Part shown: piece by piece, positions 26,307 to 36,279 of the stretch | How the letters are laid out: each line of letters opens with the position of its first letter | Position numbering within the stretch: the first letter of the stretch is position 1 | From: an uncultured Bacillota bacterium | Lineage (GTDB): Bacteria; Bacillota_I; Bacilli_A; RF39; UBA660 | Assembly: GCA_946541645.1 (NCBI GenBank) | Contig: CAMNJS010000003.1 | Span: forward strand, 1 to 56,502 | Direction: 5' to 3' | DNA length: 56,502 bases | Made by a program: the position numbers and the translations under genes | The notes under the pieces: generated by a model | Database searches by the model: none | What the model was told of the DNA's origin: nothing | What the model saw: the letters and a program-made list of their open reading frames with translations, nothing else

Positions 26307-27866
26307 CTATAATAATGTTAGTATTCCGCAAATTAGTAGTACTAATAAGAATGCAATTAAAGCAAATCTCCATATATACTTAATCCACTTGCCATAAGAT
26401 ACATCAAAGCTGCTTAACCCAGCAATTAATACGATGCTTGTTGGGAAAATCATCATTGCAACACCATAAACTGACTGAACAAGAAGGCCAGCAATTGATA
26501 AGCTTGATGAATCAAAACCAGTCACAAAACTAGAAATATCAGCAAGTAAATAATATAAATCATTGAAGAAGAATCCGCTTAATAATGCACTAACGCCAGT
26601 AATAATTGGATTAAAACCATCACTTAACTCAAACAACTTTCCGTTAATAGAATCAACTAAAGTTCCACTACCATATTGTAATGATTGATATAAAACAGAA
26701 AGAATAACACTTGCAAGTGATGCATAAATAGCTGTTGGTAACCATTTCTTAGTGCCAGCAATAAAGCTTTCAACATAATCATTAATATTTAATTTATAAG
26801 CTTTTGCAATTAACATAGAAGTTATAATCATTAATCCTATAAATTCAACATTTCCCCAATATCCAAGTTGGCTAATACCACTAAATAAATGTTCAAAAAT
26901 TGGAAAATCTTTAATTTTAACTCCCATAATAGCATCATGCATATTATTAAATACATTAATACCAAAACTATAATACCAGTTGTACATACCAACAAACGCT
27001 AACACAAGCATTAATGATACAATTAATACTAATGGCCAAGTTTTAACAAAACCACCAGACACTTTCTTAACCGGTACTATTGCTGCTAAAGCTTTTGTGT
27101 TTGACTTTTTCGCTGGTTTCTTAGCTGGTTTTTTTGCCGTTTTCTTAGTAGATGCTTTAACTGTTTTCTTAACTTCCTCCTTAGCTGCTACTTCTTTTTT
27201 AGTTTTTACTTCTTTTTTTACATCCAAAGCTTCTTCTTTGACTGTAGCGTTTTTCTTATCATTCTTTTTACCAGAAGATAATACTGTAAATACTAATAGA
27301 ACGGTAAGTAAAACAAGTAAAACTATTTTAGCAACTATTTGATTATTCATATCTAAAGATAAAATATTTTTTGTATATCCTGTGATATTAAAACCATAAG
27401 TTGAAGCAACACTACCTACAAGTAAACTTCCAACCGTTGCAGCAAGTGCAGTTACTTTATCATAATTCATTTTAAATAAAACAGCTGCAAAAAGTGGCAC
27501 TAAAACAAATAAAGGAATTATAAGACCAGTAAGTGAAGAAAGAATTACAAAGAAAATTACAGTAATAACTAAAAACTTATTTTCACGTCCTTTAAAACGA
27601 GCTACCCACTTATCTGTTAAAGCATCAAGGGCACCAGTTTTTTCCATAACACCATAAAGTCCACCCATAACTGCAAATATAGCACCATATAAAACAAATG
27701 TTATAAATGCATTAACAGGAGTATTTACTAAATCCACAAGTCCAATAGGACTAATCCCACTAGTTGTTAGTTTTCCTCCAGAATAAGTACCAACAGGAAT
27801 AATCCAACTTAAAAATGCAAAAATTAAGAAAGATATTCCAATAACTTTAAGTATATTTCTTTTCAT
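26307..27866 (-). CDS. YfcC/DcuC-like membrane transporter with a Lys/Ala-rich insertion
   Basis: LSWIIPVGTY N-terminus, GGLYGVMEKTGA, PTS..LIAGL...VSYGKWIKY C-terminus typical of the YfcC family. Confidence 0.75.
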   Translation of the reverse strand: MKRNILKVIGISFLIFAFLSWIIPVGTYSGGKLTTSGISPIGLVDLVNTPVNAFITFVLYGAIFAVMGGLYGVMEKTGALDALTDKWVARFKGRENKFLVITVIFFVILSSLTGLIIPLFVLVPLFAAVLFKMNYDKVTALAATVGSLLVGSVASTYGFNITGYTKNILSLDMNNQIVAKIVLLVLLTVLLVFTVLSSGKKNDKKNATVKEEALDVKKEVKTKKEVAAKEEVKKTVKASTKKTAKKPAKKPAKKSNTKALAAIVPVKKVSGGFVKTWPLVLIVSLMLVLAFVGMYNWYYSFGINVFNNMHDAIMGVKIKDFPIFEHLFSGISQLGYWGNVEFIGLMIITSMLIAKAYKLNINDYVESFIAGTKKWLPTAIYASLASVILSVLYQSLQYGSGTLVDSINGKLFELSDGFNPIITGVSALLSGFFFNDLYYLLADISSFVTGFDSSSLSIAGLLVQSVYGVAMMIFPTSIVLIAGLSSFDVSYGKWIKYIWRFALIAFLLVLLICGILTLL

Positions 27867-27984
27867 TTCTATTTACCTCCCATAAACATTATATCAAAAA
27901 AACCTTATAATATAAAGTTTTTTTCATTTTTTTACCATTTTTTCATAAAAAGATAAATATGGTATAATTAAAAAGGTGACCTTT

Positions 27985-28923
27985 ATGAACACATTTTCTT
28001 ATTCAAACACTAATAAAAGATATCATACCTTAGATTACTTCTATAAACAAAAATTTAAATCTAAAGTATGTAAAATAAGCTTAAATGCCGGTTTTACTTG
28101 TCCTAATATCGATGGAACCAAAGGATATAATGGATGCATATACTGCTCTAAAATAGGATCAGGTGAATACGGCGGTAACCCTGAAGAAAATTTAATAACC
28201 CAGTTTAATAATATTAAAAAAGTTATGGATAGAAAATGGCCAAATAGTAAATATATTGGGTACTTTCAAGCAAGAACTAACACCTATGCTCCAGTAAAAA
28301 TATTGAAAGAAAAATATGAAACAATACTAAATTTGCCAAATGTTGTAGGTCTATCGATTGCAACAAGGCCTGATGCCATTACAGATGAATGCTTAGAATA
28401 TTTAAAAGAACTTAATAAAAAAACATTTTTAACAGTAGAACTAGGACTTCAAACAATTCACGATAAAACATCTAAACTAATAAACAGATGCCATGATTTA
28501 AAATGCTTTGAAGAAATATTAAAAAAACTAAAACAAAATAAAATTTTTACTGTAGTTCATATTATTAATGGCCTCCCTTATGAAACAAAAGAAATGATGA
28601 TAGAAACTGTAAAATATTTAAATAATCTTAATATTGACGGCATTAAAATACACATGCTTTCTATATTAAAAAATACTCCACTAGAAACATATTACAAAAA
28701 AAATAAATTTCACGTGCTTTCAAAAGAAGAATATATAGATATAACAGTAGAACAGTTAAGACATCTAAACTCCAAAATAGTTATTCAAAGACTGACTGGA
28801 GACCCCACAAAAGAAGATTTAATAGAGCCAAAATGGACAATAAAAAAAATCGATGTTTTAAACGGAATTGACAAAAAAATGAATAAAGAAAATATTTATC
28901 AAGGTGATAAAATAACTAACTAA
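27985..28923 (+). CDS. TIGR01212-family radical SAM protein (YtqA/YhcC)
   Basis: GFTCPNIDG...GCIYC, YFQARTNTYAP, TRPD, ELGLQT, INRCH, HIINGLP. Confidence 0.9.
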   Translation: MNTFSYSNTNKRYHTLDYFYKQKFKSKVCKISLNAGFTCPNIDGTKGYNGCIYCSKIGSGEYGGNPEENLITQFNNIKKVMDRKWPNSKYIGYFQARTNTYAPVKILKEKYETILNLPNVVGLSIATRPDAITDECLEYLKELNKKTFLTVELGLQTIHDKTSKLINRCHDLKCFEEILKKLKQNKIFTVVHIINGLPYETKEMMIETVKYLNNLNIDGIKIHMLSILKNTPLETYYKKNKFHVLSKEEYIDITVEQLRHLNSKIVIQRLTGDPTKEDLIEPKWTIKKIDVLNGIDKKMNKENIYQGDKITN

Positions 28924-28938
28924 AAAAAGAATAATTTT

Positions 28939-29799
28939 TTATTCTTTTTTTCCTTTTAAAATAATCATATATACACAAATTCCAACCACAACAGAAACAG
29001 CAAATAAACCCATAATAATAAATCTAGCATTAGCTCCAGTGGCTGGAACTTTTACCACTTTATTCGAACTACTAGATAATACTTGCGGTTTAGCATCTTG
29101 AGTATTCTCATCATCACGAGAAGTACCAGCCGCACTTGATGAATCATCAAGCATATAAACATAAACTATCTGGTAAATATCATTATTATCAGCATCCTTA
29201 GCTTTAATCCAAAGCCAGTAATAACCCGCATCTGCAGGAACATTATATAAAAGATTATTTCCTTCACTATCTAAACTTTTTTCTTGCCAGTTATTATCAT
29301 CGTATAAGGGAACATCTTCATATAGCTCCTTTAAAGAATTATTATGATTAGCAATACAAACATTAGCTGCAGAAATATACTGATTATATACACTCGTATA
29401 ATTATTATTTGCAGCTATATACTCATCATTTGAAGTATAATCATCGCCAGCTTCAATCAACCTAGCTTTAATTGCCTGCATGTTTTTCTCTAACGGTTCA
29501 TAATCATACGTCCTTTTTGCCGTCTCATCACATGAATTATATGTTTCTTTTATCTCATTAATTTCCCTTTTATGACCATTAATAACAGCACTTGTAGTTT
29601 CAATAAATTGATAATATATAACATCATTATTATTTTTTAAATCACTCTTTAACTGAATTTTAACCATATTAGCTTCTATATTATTAAGTATTCCAATTTC
29701 TTCAGAGATATTAACATCATCATAATTAAAAGCAAGTACACTATCTGCGCTTATAAATAATAAAATAAAAGACAAAAATACCTTAACAAATTTTCTCAC
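28939..29799 (-). CDS. Secreted/cell-wall-anchored hypothetical protein (VPxTG sorting signal)
   Basis: Signal peptide; C-terminal VPATG, hydrophobic helix and KGKKE tail. Confidence 0.7.
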   Translation of the reverse strand: MRKFVKVFLSFILLFISADSVLAFNYDDVNISEEIGILNNIEANMVKIQLKSDLKNNNDVIYYQFIETTSAVINGHKREINEIKETYNSCDETAKRTYDYEPLEKNMQAIKARLIEAGDDYTSNDEYIAANNNYTSVYNQYISAANVCIANHNNSLKELYEDVPLYDDNNWQEKSLDSEGNNLLYNVPADAGYYWLWIKAKDADNNDIYQIVYVYMLDDSSSAAGTSRDDENTQDAKPQVLSSSSNKVVKVPATGANARFIIMGLFAVSVVVGICVYMIILKGKKE

Positions 29800-29924
29800 T
29801 TTACCACCTCATTAACAATACTATACTTTTCTATTATCTGCCAAAATTGTAGCACATCATAAAAATATTATCAATATATAACAAAAAAATGCTTAAAAGT
29901 TTACACTAATAAACACTTTATATA

Positions 29925-31952
29925 TTAAAATAATGCACTAAATAAATTAACAATAAAACATACGATAATTCCAATCACGAAAGGAATTATAAAAGATAAA
30001 AATGCCCACTTATTACTACCTGTCTCCTTTTTAATAGTTAAAATAGTTGTCATACAAGGAAAATGTAAAATAGAAAATAACATTACACACACTGCAGTTA
30101 AAGTAGTCCATCCATTATTTATAAATAAAGTTTTAAGCTCTGCTAAATTACTAATATCTGTAATATAGCCTAATGACATATAACCCATAATCATAATTGG
30201 AATAACTATTTCATTAGCTGGAAAGCCTAATAAAAATGCCATTATTATAACTCCATCCATGCCAATTAAATGACCAAAAGGATTTAAAAAATTAATGCAT
30301 ATTTTTAAAATAGACAAATTACCTATATGAATGTTTGCCATAAGCCAAATAACAAATCCTGCAGGAGCCGAAACAGCGATTGCTCTTTTTAGAACAAACA
30401 AACTTCGATCAAATATAGATCTAATTATAACCTTTATTATTTGAGGTCTTCTATAAGGTGGAAGTTCTAAAGTAAAAGATGAAGCCTCCCCTTTTAAAAT
30501 TGTTTTAGATAAAATTTTAGAAACTAAAAATGTAACTAAAATTCCAAAAATAATAAATAAAGTTAATATAAATGATCCAAATAAAGTATTCGCAATTAAA
30601 AACATTGAAATTAATGATATTAGTAGAGGAAATCTTCCATTGCAAGGAACAAAAGCATTTGTCAAAATAGCAATCAATCTCTCACGAGGAGAATCTATTA
30701 TTCTAGCTCCGGTTACCCCAACTGCATTACACCCAAATCCTTCAACCATTGTAAGTGCTTGCTTACCACAAGAATCACATTTTTTAAAAACACCATCCAT
30801 ATTAAAAGCAATACGTGGTAAATATCCTAAATCTTCAAGTAAAGTAAAAAGAGGGAAAAAAATCATCATAGGTGGAAGCATAACCGCAATTACCCAAGCT
30901 AAAACTCTATATATGCCATAAACCAAAGCATTAATGACAATACTAGGTAAATGAACAAACGTCAAAAATTTTAGTAATATATCTTCAAATTTAAAAAATA
31001 AATCATACAAAATAGAAGAAGGATAATTTGCCCCAACAATCGTAATCCATAAAACAAAAAACAAAAGTAAAATCATAATAATAGTTCCTGTAAATTTATT
31101 AGTCAAATACTTATCTATTATCCTATCTTTTTTATCATAATTTTCCTTGTTATAAGTTATAACTTCACTAACTATTTTTTCACATTCTAAAGAAACACAT
31201 TCCATAGTTAAAGTTTCAATATCATCTTTAGTAAAACCTTTCATATAAAGTTCATTATTAACTTCTCGGACTTTATTCCTTATATCTAGATTATAAACTA
31301 AATCAGTATGAAAATTAAAATCAAAAGAATTTAGAAACGGAATATCATAAGTTAATAGATGAAGAGCAACAATATCTTTATCAACATGCGTATTTGGAAT
31401 CAAATCATAAAGTTTTTTTGTCTCTTTTTCTAAAAAATCATAACTTATCTTAATTGGTTTATTTTTTATATGACAAACCTCATCAAGTTTTAAAAGTACC
31501 TCATTAATACCCTTTTTACTTCTCGCAATTGTTGGCACCACCGGTACACCCAAAAGCTCACTTAATTTATTAAAATCTATATCAATTTTTTTCTTTTTAG
31601 CTTCATCCACTAAATTAACAGATATTACAACCTTACTAGTTATTTCTAAAACCTGCATAACCAAATTTAAATTACGCTCCAAAGCCGTGGCATCACAAAC
31701 AACTACCAAAGCATCATAATCAGAAAAATATATAAAATCACGAGTTACCTCTTCTTCTTTAGAATGAGAAGCTAAAGAATATGTGCCAGGTAAATCCTCA
31801 AACTCATAGCGAGTTCCATTATATATTTTAAACCCTGTTGCTTTTTCTACTGTTTTTCCTGGCCAGTTACCAGTGTGCTGGTGCATACCAGTTAAAGCAT
31901 TAAAAATCGTACTTTTCCCCACATTAGGATTTCCAACTAATCCAACTTTCAT
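29925..31952 (-). CDS. feoB: Ferrous iron transporter B
   Basis: GNPNVGKS, GNWPGKTV, DLPGTYSL, GFGCN, PCNGR, FTLELPPYR. Confidence 0.95.
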   Translation of the reverse strand: MKVGLVGNPNVGKSTIFNALTGMHQHTGNWPGKTVEKATGFKIYNGTRYEFEDLPGTYSLASHSKEEEVTRDFIYFSDYDALVVVCDATALERNLNLVMQVLEITSKVVISVNLVDEAKKKKIDIDFNKLSELLGVPVVPTIARSKKGINEVLLKLDEVCHIKNKPIKISYDFLEKETKKLYDLIPNTHVDKDIVALHLLTYDIPFLNSFDFNFHTDLVYNLDIRNKVREVNNELYMKGFTKDDIETLTMECVSLECEKIVSEVITYNKENYDKKDRIIDKYLTNKFTGTIIMILLLFFVLWITIVGANYPSSILYDLFFKFEDILLKFLTFVHLPSIVINALVYGIYRVLAWVIAVMLPPMMIFFPLFTLLEDLGYLPRIAFNMDGVFKKCDSCGKQALTMVEGFGCNAVGVTGARIIDSPRERLIAILTNAFVPCNGRFPLLISLISMFLIANTLFGSFILTLFIIFGILVTFLVSKILSKTILKGEASSFTLELPPYRRPQIIKVIIRSIFDRSLFVLKRAIAVSAPAGFVIWLMANIHIGNLSILKICINFLNPFGHLIGMDGVIIMAFLLGFPANEIVIPIMIMGYMSLGYITDISNLAELKTLFINNGWTTLTAVCVMLFSILHFPCMTTILTIKKETGSNKWAFLSFIIPFVIGIIVCFIVNLFSALF

Positions 31953-32164
31953 ACTTCTACCTCAATATCTAAAGTATCATCTTTTCGAATTCCAATAACT
32001 GTACCTTTTATCTTATAAACGGTCATACTTCTATTCATTAATATTGGTTTTACCCTAACCCCTTTAATAAAGCCAATATCCATAAGTCTTTTTTTAATAT
32101 TTTTTTTAGTAATAACCTTCTTAATTAAACCTTCCTCGCCTATTTTCAAATCATTTAATTTCAT
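31949..32164 (-). CDS. feoA: Ferrous iron transport protein A
   Basis: LNDLKIGE...RLMDIGF..G SH3-like pattern; overlaps the feoB start. Confidence 0.88.
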   Translation of the reverse strand: MKLNDLKIGEEGLIKKVITKKNIKKRLMDIGFIKGVRVKPILMNRSMTVYKIKGTVIGIRKDDTLDIEVEV

Positions 32165-32187
32165 AACATCAACTTACTTTCTATAGT

Positions 32188-32215
32188 TATTATATGAAAT
32201 TAAAACAAATATGTT
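32188..32215 (-). promoter_or_regulatory. sigK-like promoter upstream of feoAB
   Basis: AAC-16 nt-CATATAATA; no good sigA -35 at 17-nt spacing. Confidence 0.35.
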
Positions 32216-32325
32216 ATAAAGTTTAAAACGCTTAAATTGTAGTAAATACTCTATTATCAAAACATCACCCTAAAACATATTTATTTTCTATTCTAAAAAC
32301 AAAAAAATCTGAAACAAATCAGATT

Positions 32326-34098
32326 TTATTTTCTATCGATAAACCAATTACTAATAATATCACAGCTACTGCTAGAAGGTGCAGGTGACGGTCTATCTAA
32401 TTTAGTTAAAACTGGAACCTTAAACGCCGAACCAAATGCAATACAGTTTCCTGGTTGCAAAATCCTAAGTCTTTTTACAATTTCATTAGTTATATTTGGA
32501 ACCATATCCCTAATATAATCCACATCCCTTGGATGAAGCATTTTAAAAATCAAAAAATTATTACACTGTGAAATAGAAGTTTCTGATAAATCAGAAGGTC
32601 TTTGAGAAATAAGTCCAAGTAAAACCCCATATTTTCTTCCCTCTTTAGTAATTCTATCAAATATATTATATCCAATCAAATTGACATCATTATCATTTTG
32701 AACATATCTATGTGCTTCCTCTAATATAATATGAAAAGGTAGCGTTGCTCTTCTATCTAAATTTTTAGCGTAATCAAATAATAACTTGGAATATATTTTA
32801 GTAATTATTTTAGCAAACCTATCATCAACATAATTAATATTAAAATTTATTATCTGAGCTTTTCGGCCATTTGGACCAGTTAACAATTCTTTAATATAAT
32901 CATCCCTACTTACATAATTATCGCATTCAAAATATTTAGCATAATCACCATTAAGTAAAGTATGAAGTCTTACCTTAAGAACATTATTTTGATCAAACAC
33001 CTTGTCACTATTTAAAGCTCCCTCAGAAATTAAAGCAAAATCCAAGGCATCAGCTAAATCCTTTAAACCATACTTAAATGAACCATCAGGTAGTGTAAGA
33101 TCTACCGTTTCACTCAAAAATGATTGCATAAAATTAGTAAGAAGTTCCATTTCCCTTATTTTACCAGTCTCATCAATAATTAAACACTGCTTTAAACTAC
33201 GAGTATACCCAGGTTGATAAATCTCTGTTTCCAAATTAAGATCTTCCGTATGATAAGTAGATAAAATTGAAAAAATTTGATCTCTTATTTGTGAGGAACT
33301 TCTACCACTTGATAAAATATCCAAAATAGCTCTTGCGATTATATCGTTTTTAGCAGTTTTTACTTCCTCACCTTCTCTAACAAAAAGTCCAACAAACTTT
33401 AAAGCTTTTTCAATTATTGGAATCTGATTAGAACTTTCAGCATTTAAAAGTAAAACAATATCATCAACAGATAAAAGCCATAAAGGAATTTTTAAAATTT
33501 CTGTTTCACTAAATTTAGTATTAGTAGTATACGCCTTAAAACTAACCTCTGGAACTTTATCTCCAATATTTTTAAACGCACTATGATATTCGCCATAAGC
33601 ATCAAAAATAAATATTGAAGCCCTATAAGCTACTGTACTTTGCTTTTCAAAAATACTTTGAATAAGCTTAGCTACTCCCCAAGATTTACCACTACCAGTA
33701 GATCCAAAAATTGCAAAATGGCTAGCGAAAAAATCATTAATATTAAATCCAATCTTTACCCCTGGATAAATTGGACTTTCACCAATATATACATCCTGCT
33801 TTTCTTCATATTCTAAAACGCTGATAATCATCGGTATTTTTTCTTTAGAAATTAGTTTTACAGAAGCCCCAAAAGAAGGCTTTTTAATAACGCCAAAAAC
33901 AAATTCGTTATTTTGAATTTCACCAACTAAATTAACATATGCAATACCATCTTTAATATCAGCTATTTCCCCAACTAACATTTTTGTATTATCTTCCATT
34001 ACAACATGCATATTAATTAAACTCTGAAACTCATTTAAATTAATTGATAATTTAATTAAAACCGTATCTTCTTCAATACCTATTATTGTCCCTAACAT
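32326..34098 (-). CDS. HerA/FtsK-superfamily ATPase (DUF87, HerA helicase-like)
   Basis: N-terminal beta-barrel-like region, HFAIFGSTGSGKS, IFDAYGEY, IILEEAHRY, KEGRKYG, SQRPS. Confidence 0.88.
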   Translation of the reverse strand: MLGTIIGIEEDTVLIKLSINLNEFQSLINMHVVMEDNTKMLVGEIADIKDGIAYVNLVGEIQNNEFVFGVIKKPSFGASVKLISKEKIPMIISVLEYEEKQDVYIGESPIYPGVKIGFNINDFFASHFAIFGSTGSGKSWGVAKLIQSIFEKQSTVAYRASIFIFDAYGEYHSAFKNIGDKVPEVSFKAYTTNTKFSETEILKIPLWLLSVDDIVLLLNAESSNQIPIIEKALKFVGLFVREGEEVKTAKNDIIARAILDILSSGRSSSQIRDQIFSILSTYHTEDLNLETEIYQPGYTRSLKQCLIIDETGKIREMELLTNFMQSFLSETVDLTLPDGSFKYGLKDLADALDFALISEGALNSDKVFDQNNVLKVRLHTLLNGDYAKYFECDNYVSRDDYIKELLTGPNGRKAQIINFNINYVDDRFAKIITKIYSKLLFDYAKNLDRRATLPFHIILEEAHRYVQNDNDVNLIGYNIFDRITKEGRKYGVLLGLISQRPSDLSETSISQCNNFLIFKMLHPRDVDYIRDMVPNITNEIVKRLRILQPGNCIAFGSAFKVPVLTKLDRPSPAPSSSSCDIISNWFIDRK

Positions 34099-34157
34099 AT
34101 TCTTCACCTATCATAATTATAACACGTCAAAACAAAAAGAATCAATTGTTTTGATTC

Positions 34158-34700
34158 TTAAGTTAACTTTTTTTGTCTTCCCATATTATGAATAACACTT
34201 TCCACAGCAGCTTTTTTAAATAAATCTTTAGGATTATTCCCATTTGAAAACCTAACAACATCATAAAAACTTAAATATAAAACCAAATCTTCATCCTCAA
34301 AAATATCTGATTGACATTCAGTATCATATGATAAGCTAAGCCATATACTATCTTTCAGGCACTTGTCCAAAGTTTGAACAATATCATAACCTAAAGGAAA
34401 ATCCATATAGTAATCAAACTTACAAGCATCATTAATAGAATATATATAAAACTTAAGATTACCATCAAATTTAAACTTAATTTTTATATCATCCTTACAA
34501 ACTCCACTAAATAAAGCCAAATTATTAATAAAGCAATTAAGATCTACATAAATAAAATTATGGGAAATCTTCGAACTAGCATATTCAACTTTCTCAATTA
34601 CCTCATCAATCCTTTTTAACTTATTATTTAAACAAGCTCTTGCTTCAAGTAACTCTTCCCTTTGCTTAATTAAATATTCATAATCTTCTATATTATTCAT
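34158..34700 (-). CDS. Hypothetical protein
   Basis: 180-aa ORF with AGGAG RBS directly downstream of yqeH; ends at an AAGAATCAA/TTGATTCTT hairpin. Confidence 0.65.
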   Translation of the reverse strand: MNNIEDYEYLIKQREELLEARACLNNKLKRIDEVIEKVEYASSKISHNFIYVDLNCFINNLALFSGVCKDDIKIKFKFDGNLKFYIYSINDACKFDYYMDFPLGYDIVQTLDKCLKDSIWLSLSYDTECQSDIFEDEDLVLYLSFYDVVRFSNGNNPKDLFKKAAVESVIHNMGRQKKLT

Positions 34701-34710
34701 AAATTCACTC

Positions 34711-35688
34711 CTAAACTATAGAATCTCTTATAAAATATTTAACCCCTTTTTTCAAATAAAGTTTAAAATTACATCCTTTTTTAAATTTAATAAACCCAAG
34801 TCCCTTAATAACCAAATCCTGATTATCACCAATACTTATATCATATAACTCAAAATCAATTAATTTATCACTATCTTTATATACCCTACTTATTTTAATT
34901 TCATTAGATATATATACAATAATATTATTAAATTTACAAACATCTAACCTTAAAAAGTCTTCAAAGAAGATAGATTGATCAGTTTTTATTTGATAAATTA
35001 TTGGATTTATTTCCTTCTTCGGTATTATTTTTTTTAATTCATCATCTGTCGCTTTAAGCATTACACTTCCATCATCAAGAAGTCCAGGTGTATCAATCAA
35101 AGTAAGTTCATCATTAATATTTTTTTCTAGAAAGTCTAAAGTAGTAGAAGGCAAATTACTTGTAGTTATATCGCCTTCATTTTTAGAATAATTTTTAAGG
35201 ATTTTATTTATTAAAGTAGACTTTCCTGAATTCGTAAGACCCACTACATACACATTATTACTAACTTTATATTTCATAATCTTACTCATAAGTAAATCTA
35301 AATTATAATTATTTTTACTAGAGATAAAAAGACTATCTTTAATATTTAATTTTCCTTTAATTTTACTTAAAAATCTATTCTCATTAACCGTCCTTGGAAT
35401 TAAATCTTTTTTAGTAATCAAAAGAATAATTGGATTATTAATTTTTAAACTATTAAAATCAAACACATTCAAAAAATCTAAAGTAAGTAATACCAAATCA
35501 TTAGAATCATTAATTTTAGCTATTTTTTCTAAATACTCATCATTACCTTTATTGCTAAAAATATATTCATTATAATGTGTTATTTTAAAACAACGCTCAC
35601 AATATTTTTTATTTAAATCTTTAACATATCCTTCTTCTAAAGGTTTTTCACTTTGTAATATAGCCCCACATCCAAAACATTTAGTCAT
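34711..35688 (-). CDS. yqeH: Ribosome biogenesis circularly permuted GTPase YqeH
   Basis: CFGCG...CERCF zinc finger, TKKD (G4), GLTNSGKS (G1), DTPG (G3). Confidence 0.9.
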   Translation of the reverse strand: MTKCFGCGAILQSEKPLEEGYVKDLNKKYCERCFKITHYNEYIFSNKGNDEYLEKIAKINDSNDLVLLTLDFLNVFDFNSLKINNPIILLITKKDLIPRTVNENRFLSKIKGKLNIKDSLFISSKNNYNLDLLMSKIMKYKVSNNVYVVGLTNSGKSTLINKILKNYSKNEGDITTSNLPSTTLDFLEKNINDELTLIDTPGLLDDGSVMLKATDDELKKIIPKKEINPIIYQIKTDQSIFFEDFLRLDVCKFNNIIVYISNEIKISRVYKDSDKLIDFELYDISIGDNQDLVIKGLGFIKFKKGCNFKLYLKKGVKYFIRDSIV

Positions 35689-36202
35689 AATATTTATCCC
35701 TATGAAATAAATTATTATTTTGAAGTTCTTTTATTTTTCGGTTTTCCAAAAATCTATTAAATTTAGTAAAAATCATTTCTTTAGGAGAAATGGGATTAAC
35801 CAAAATAGTCGTAATACCTACCTTATTTCCAACTTTCACATCCGTCATTAATTGATCACCAATAATAACCACTTCTGAAGGTTTATAATTATATCTATTA
35901 AGCAGTTTTCTAAGCTTCCTAGTAAAAGGCTTACAAGCACTTGCTACACCATCAACTCCTAAAAAAGAAGTAAAAGTTTTTAATCTAAAACCTGGACTAT
36001 TAGTGAAAATAATAATCTTAAACCCTTTTTGTTTTAAACCAATAAATAAATCTTTAGCTTTTTCTGAAGGCAGACTAGACTTTGAAGAAACTATAGTATT
36101 ATCTAAATCATATAAAATACATTTTATACCCCTATTAAGTAACTTAGAATAGTCTATAGTATAAATACTTTTTTGATATATATCAGGCAAATAATCTTTC
36201 AT
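35681..36202 (-). CDS. yqeG: HAD IIIA phosphatase YqeG
   Basis: DLDNTI, KP, IGDQLMTDV; upstream of yqeH. Confidence 0.9.
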   Translation of the reverse strand: MKDYLPDIYQKSIYTIDYSKLLNRGIKCILYDLDNTIVSSKSSLPSEKAKDLFIGLKQKGFKIIIFTNSPGFRLKTFTSFLGVDGVASACKPFTRKLRKLLNRYNYKPSEVVIIGDQLMTDVKVGNKVGITTILVNPISPKEMIFTKFNRFLENRKIKELQNNNLFHRDKYYD

Positions 36203-36279
36203 TTTTACACCTCCAGCACACTAATATCATAACATATTTAAAAGTATTCATCAACAATTATAATATTAAGAAAAAAATA

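Noticed and set aside
32326-34700. Two-gene HerA anti-phage system with the 180-aa ORF
   Set aside because: A hairpin and a separate promoter divide the genes, the ORF is coupled to yqeH, and it shows no nuclease or Sir2 motif.
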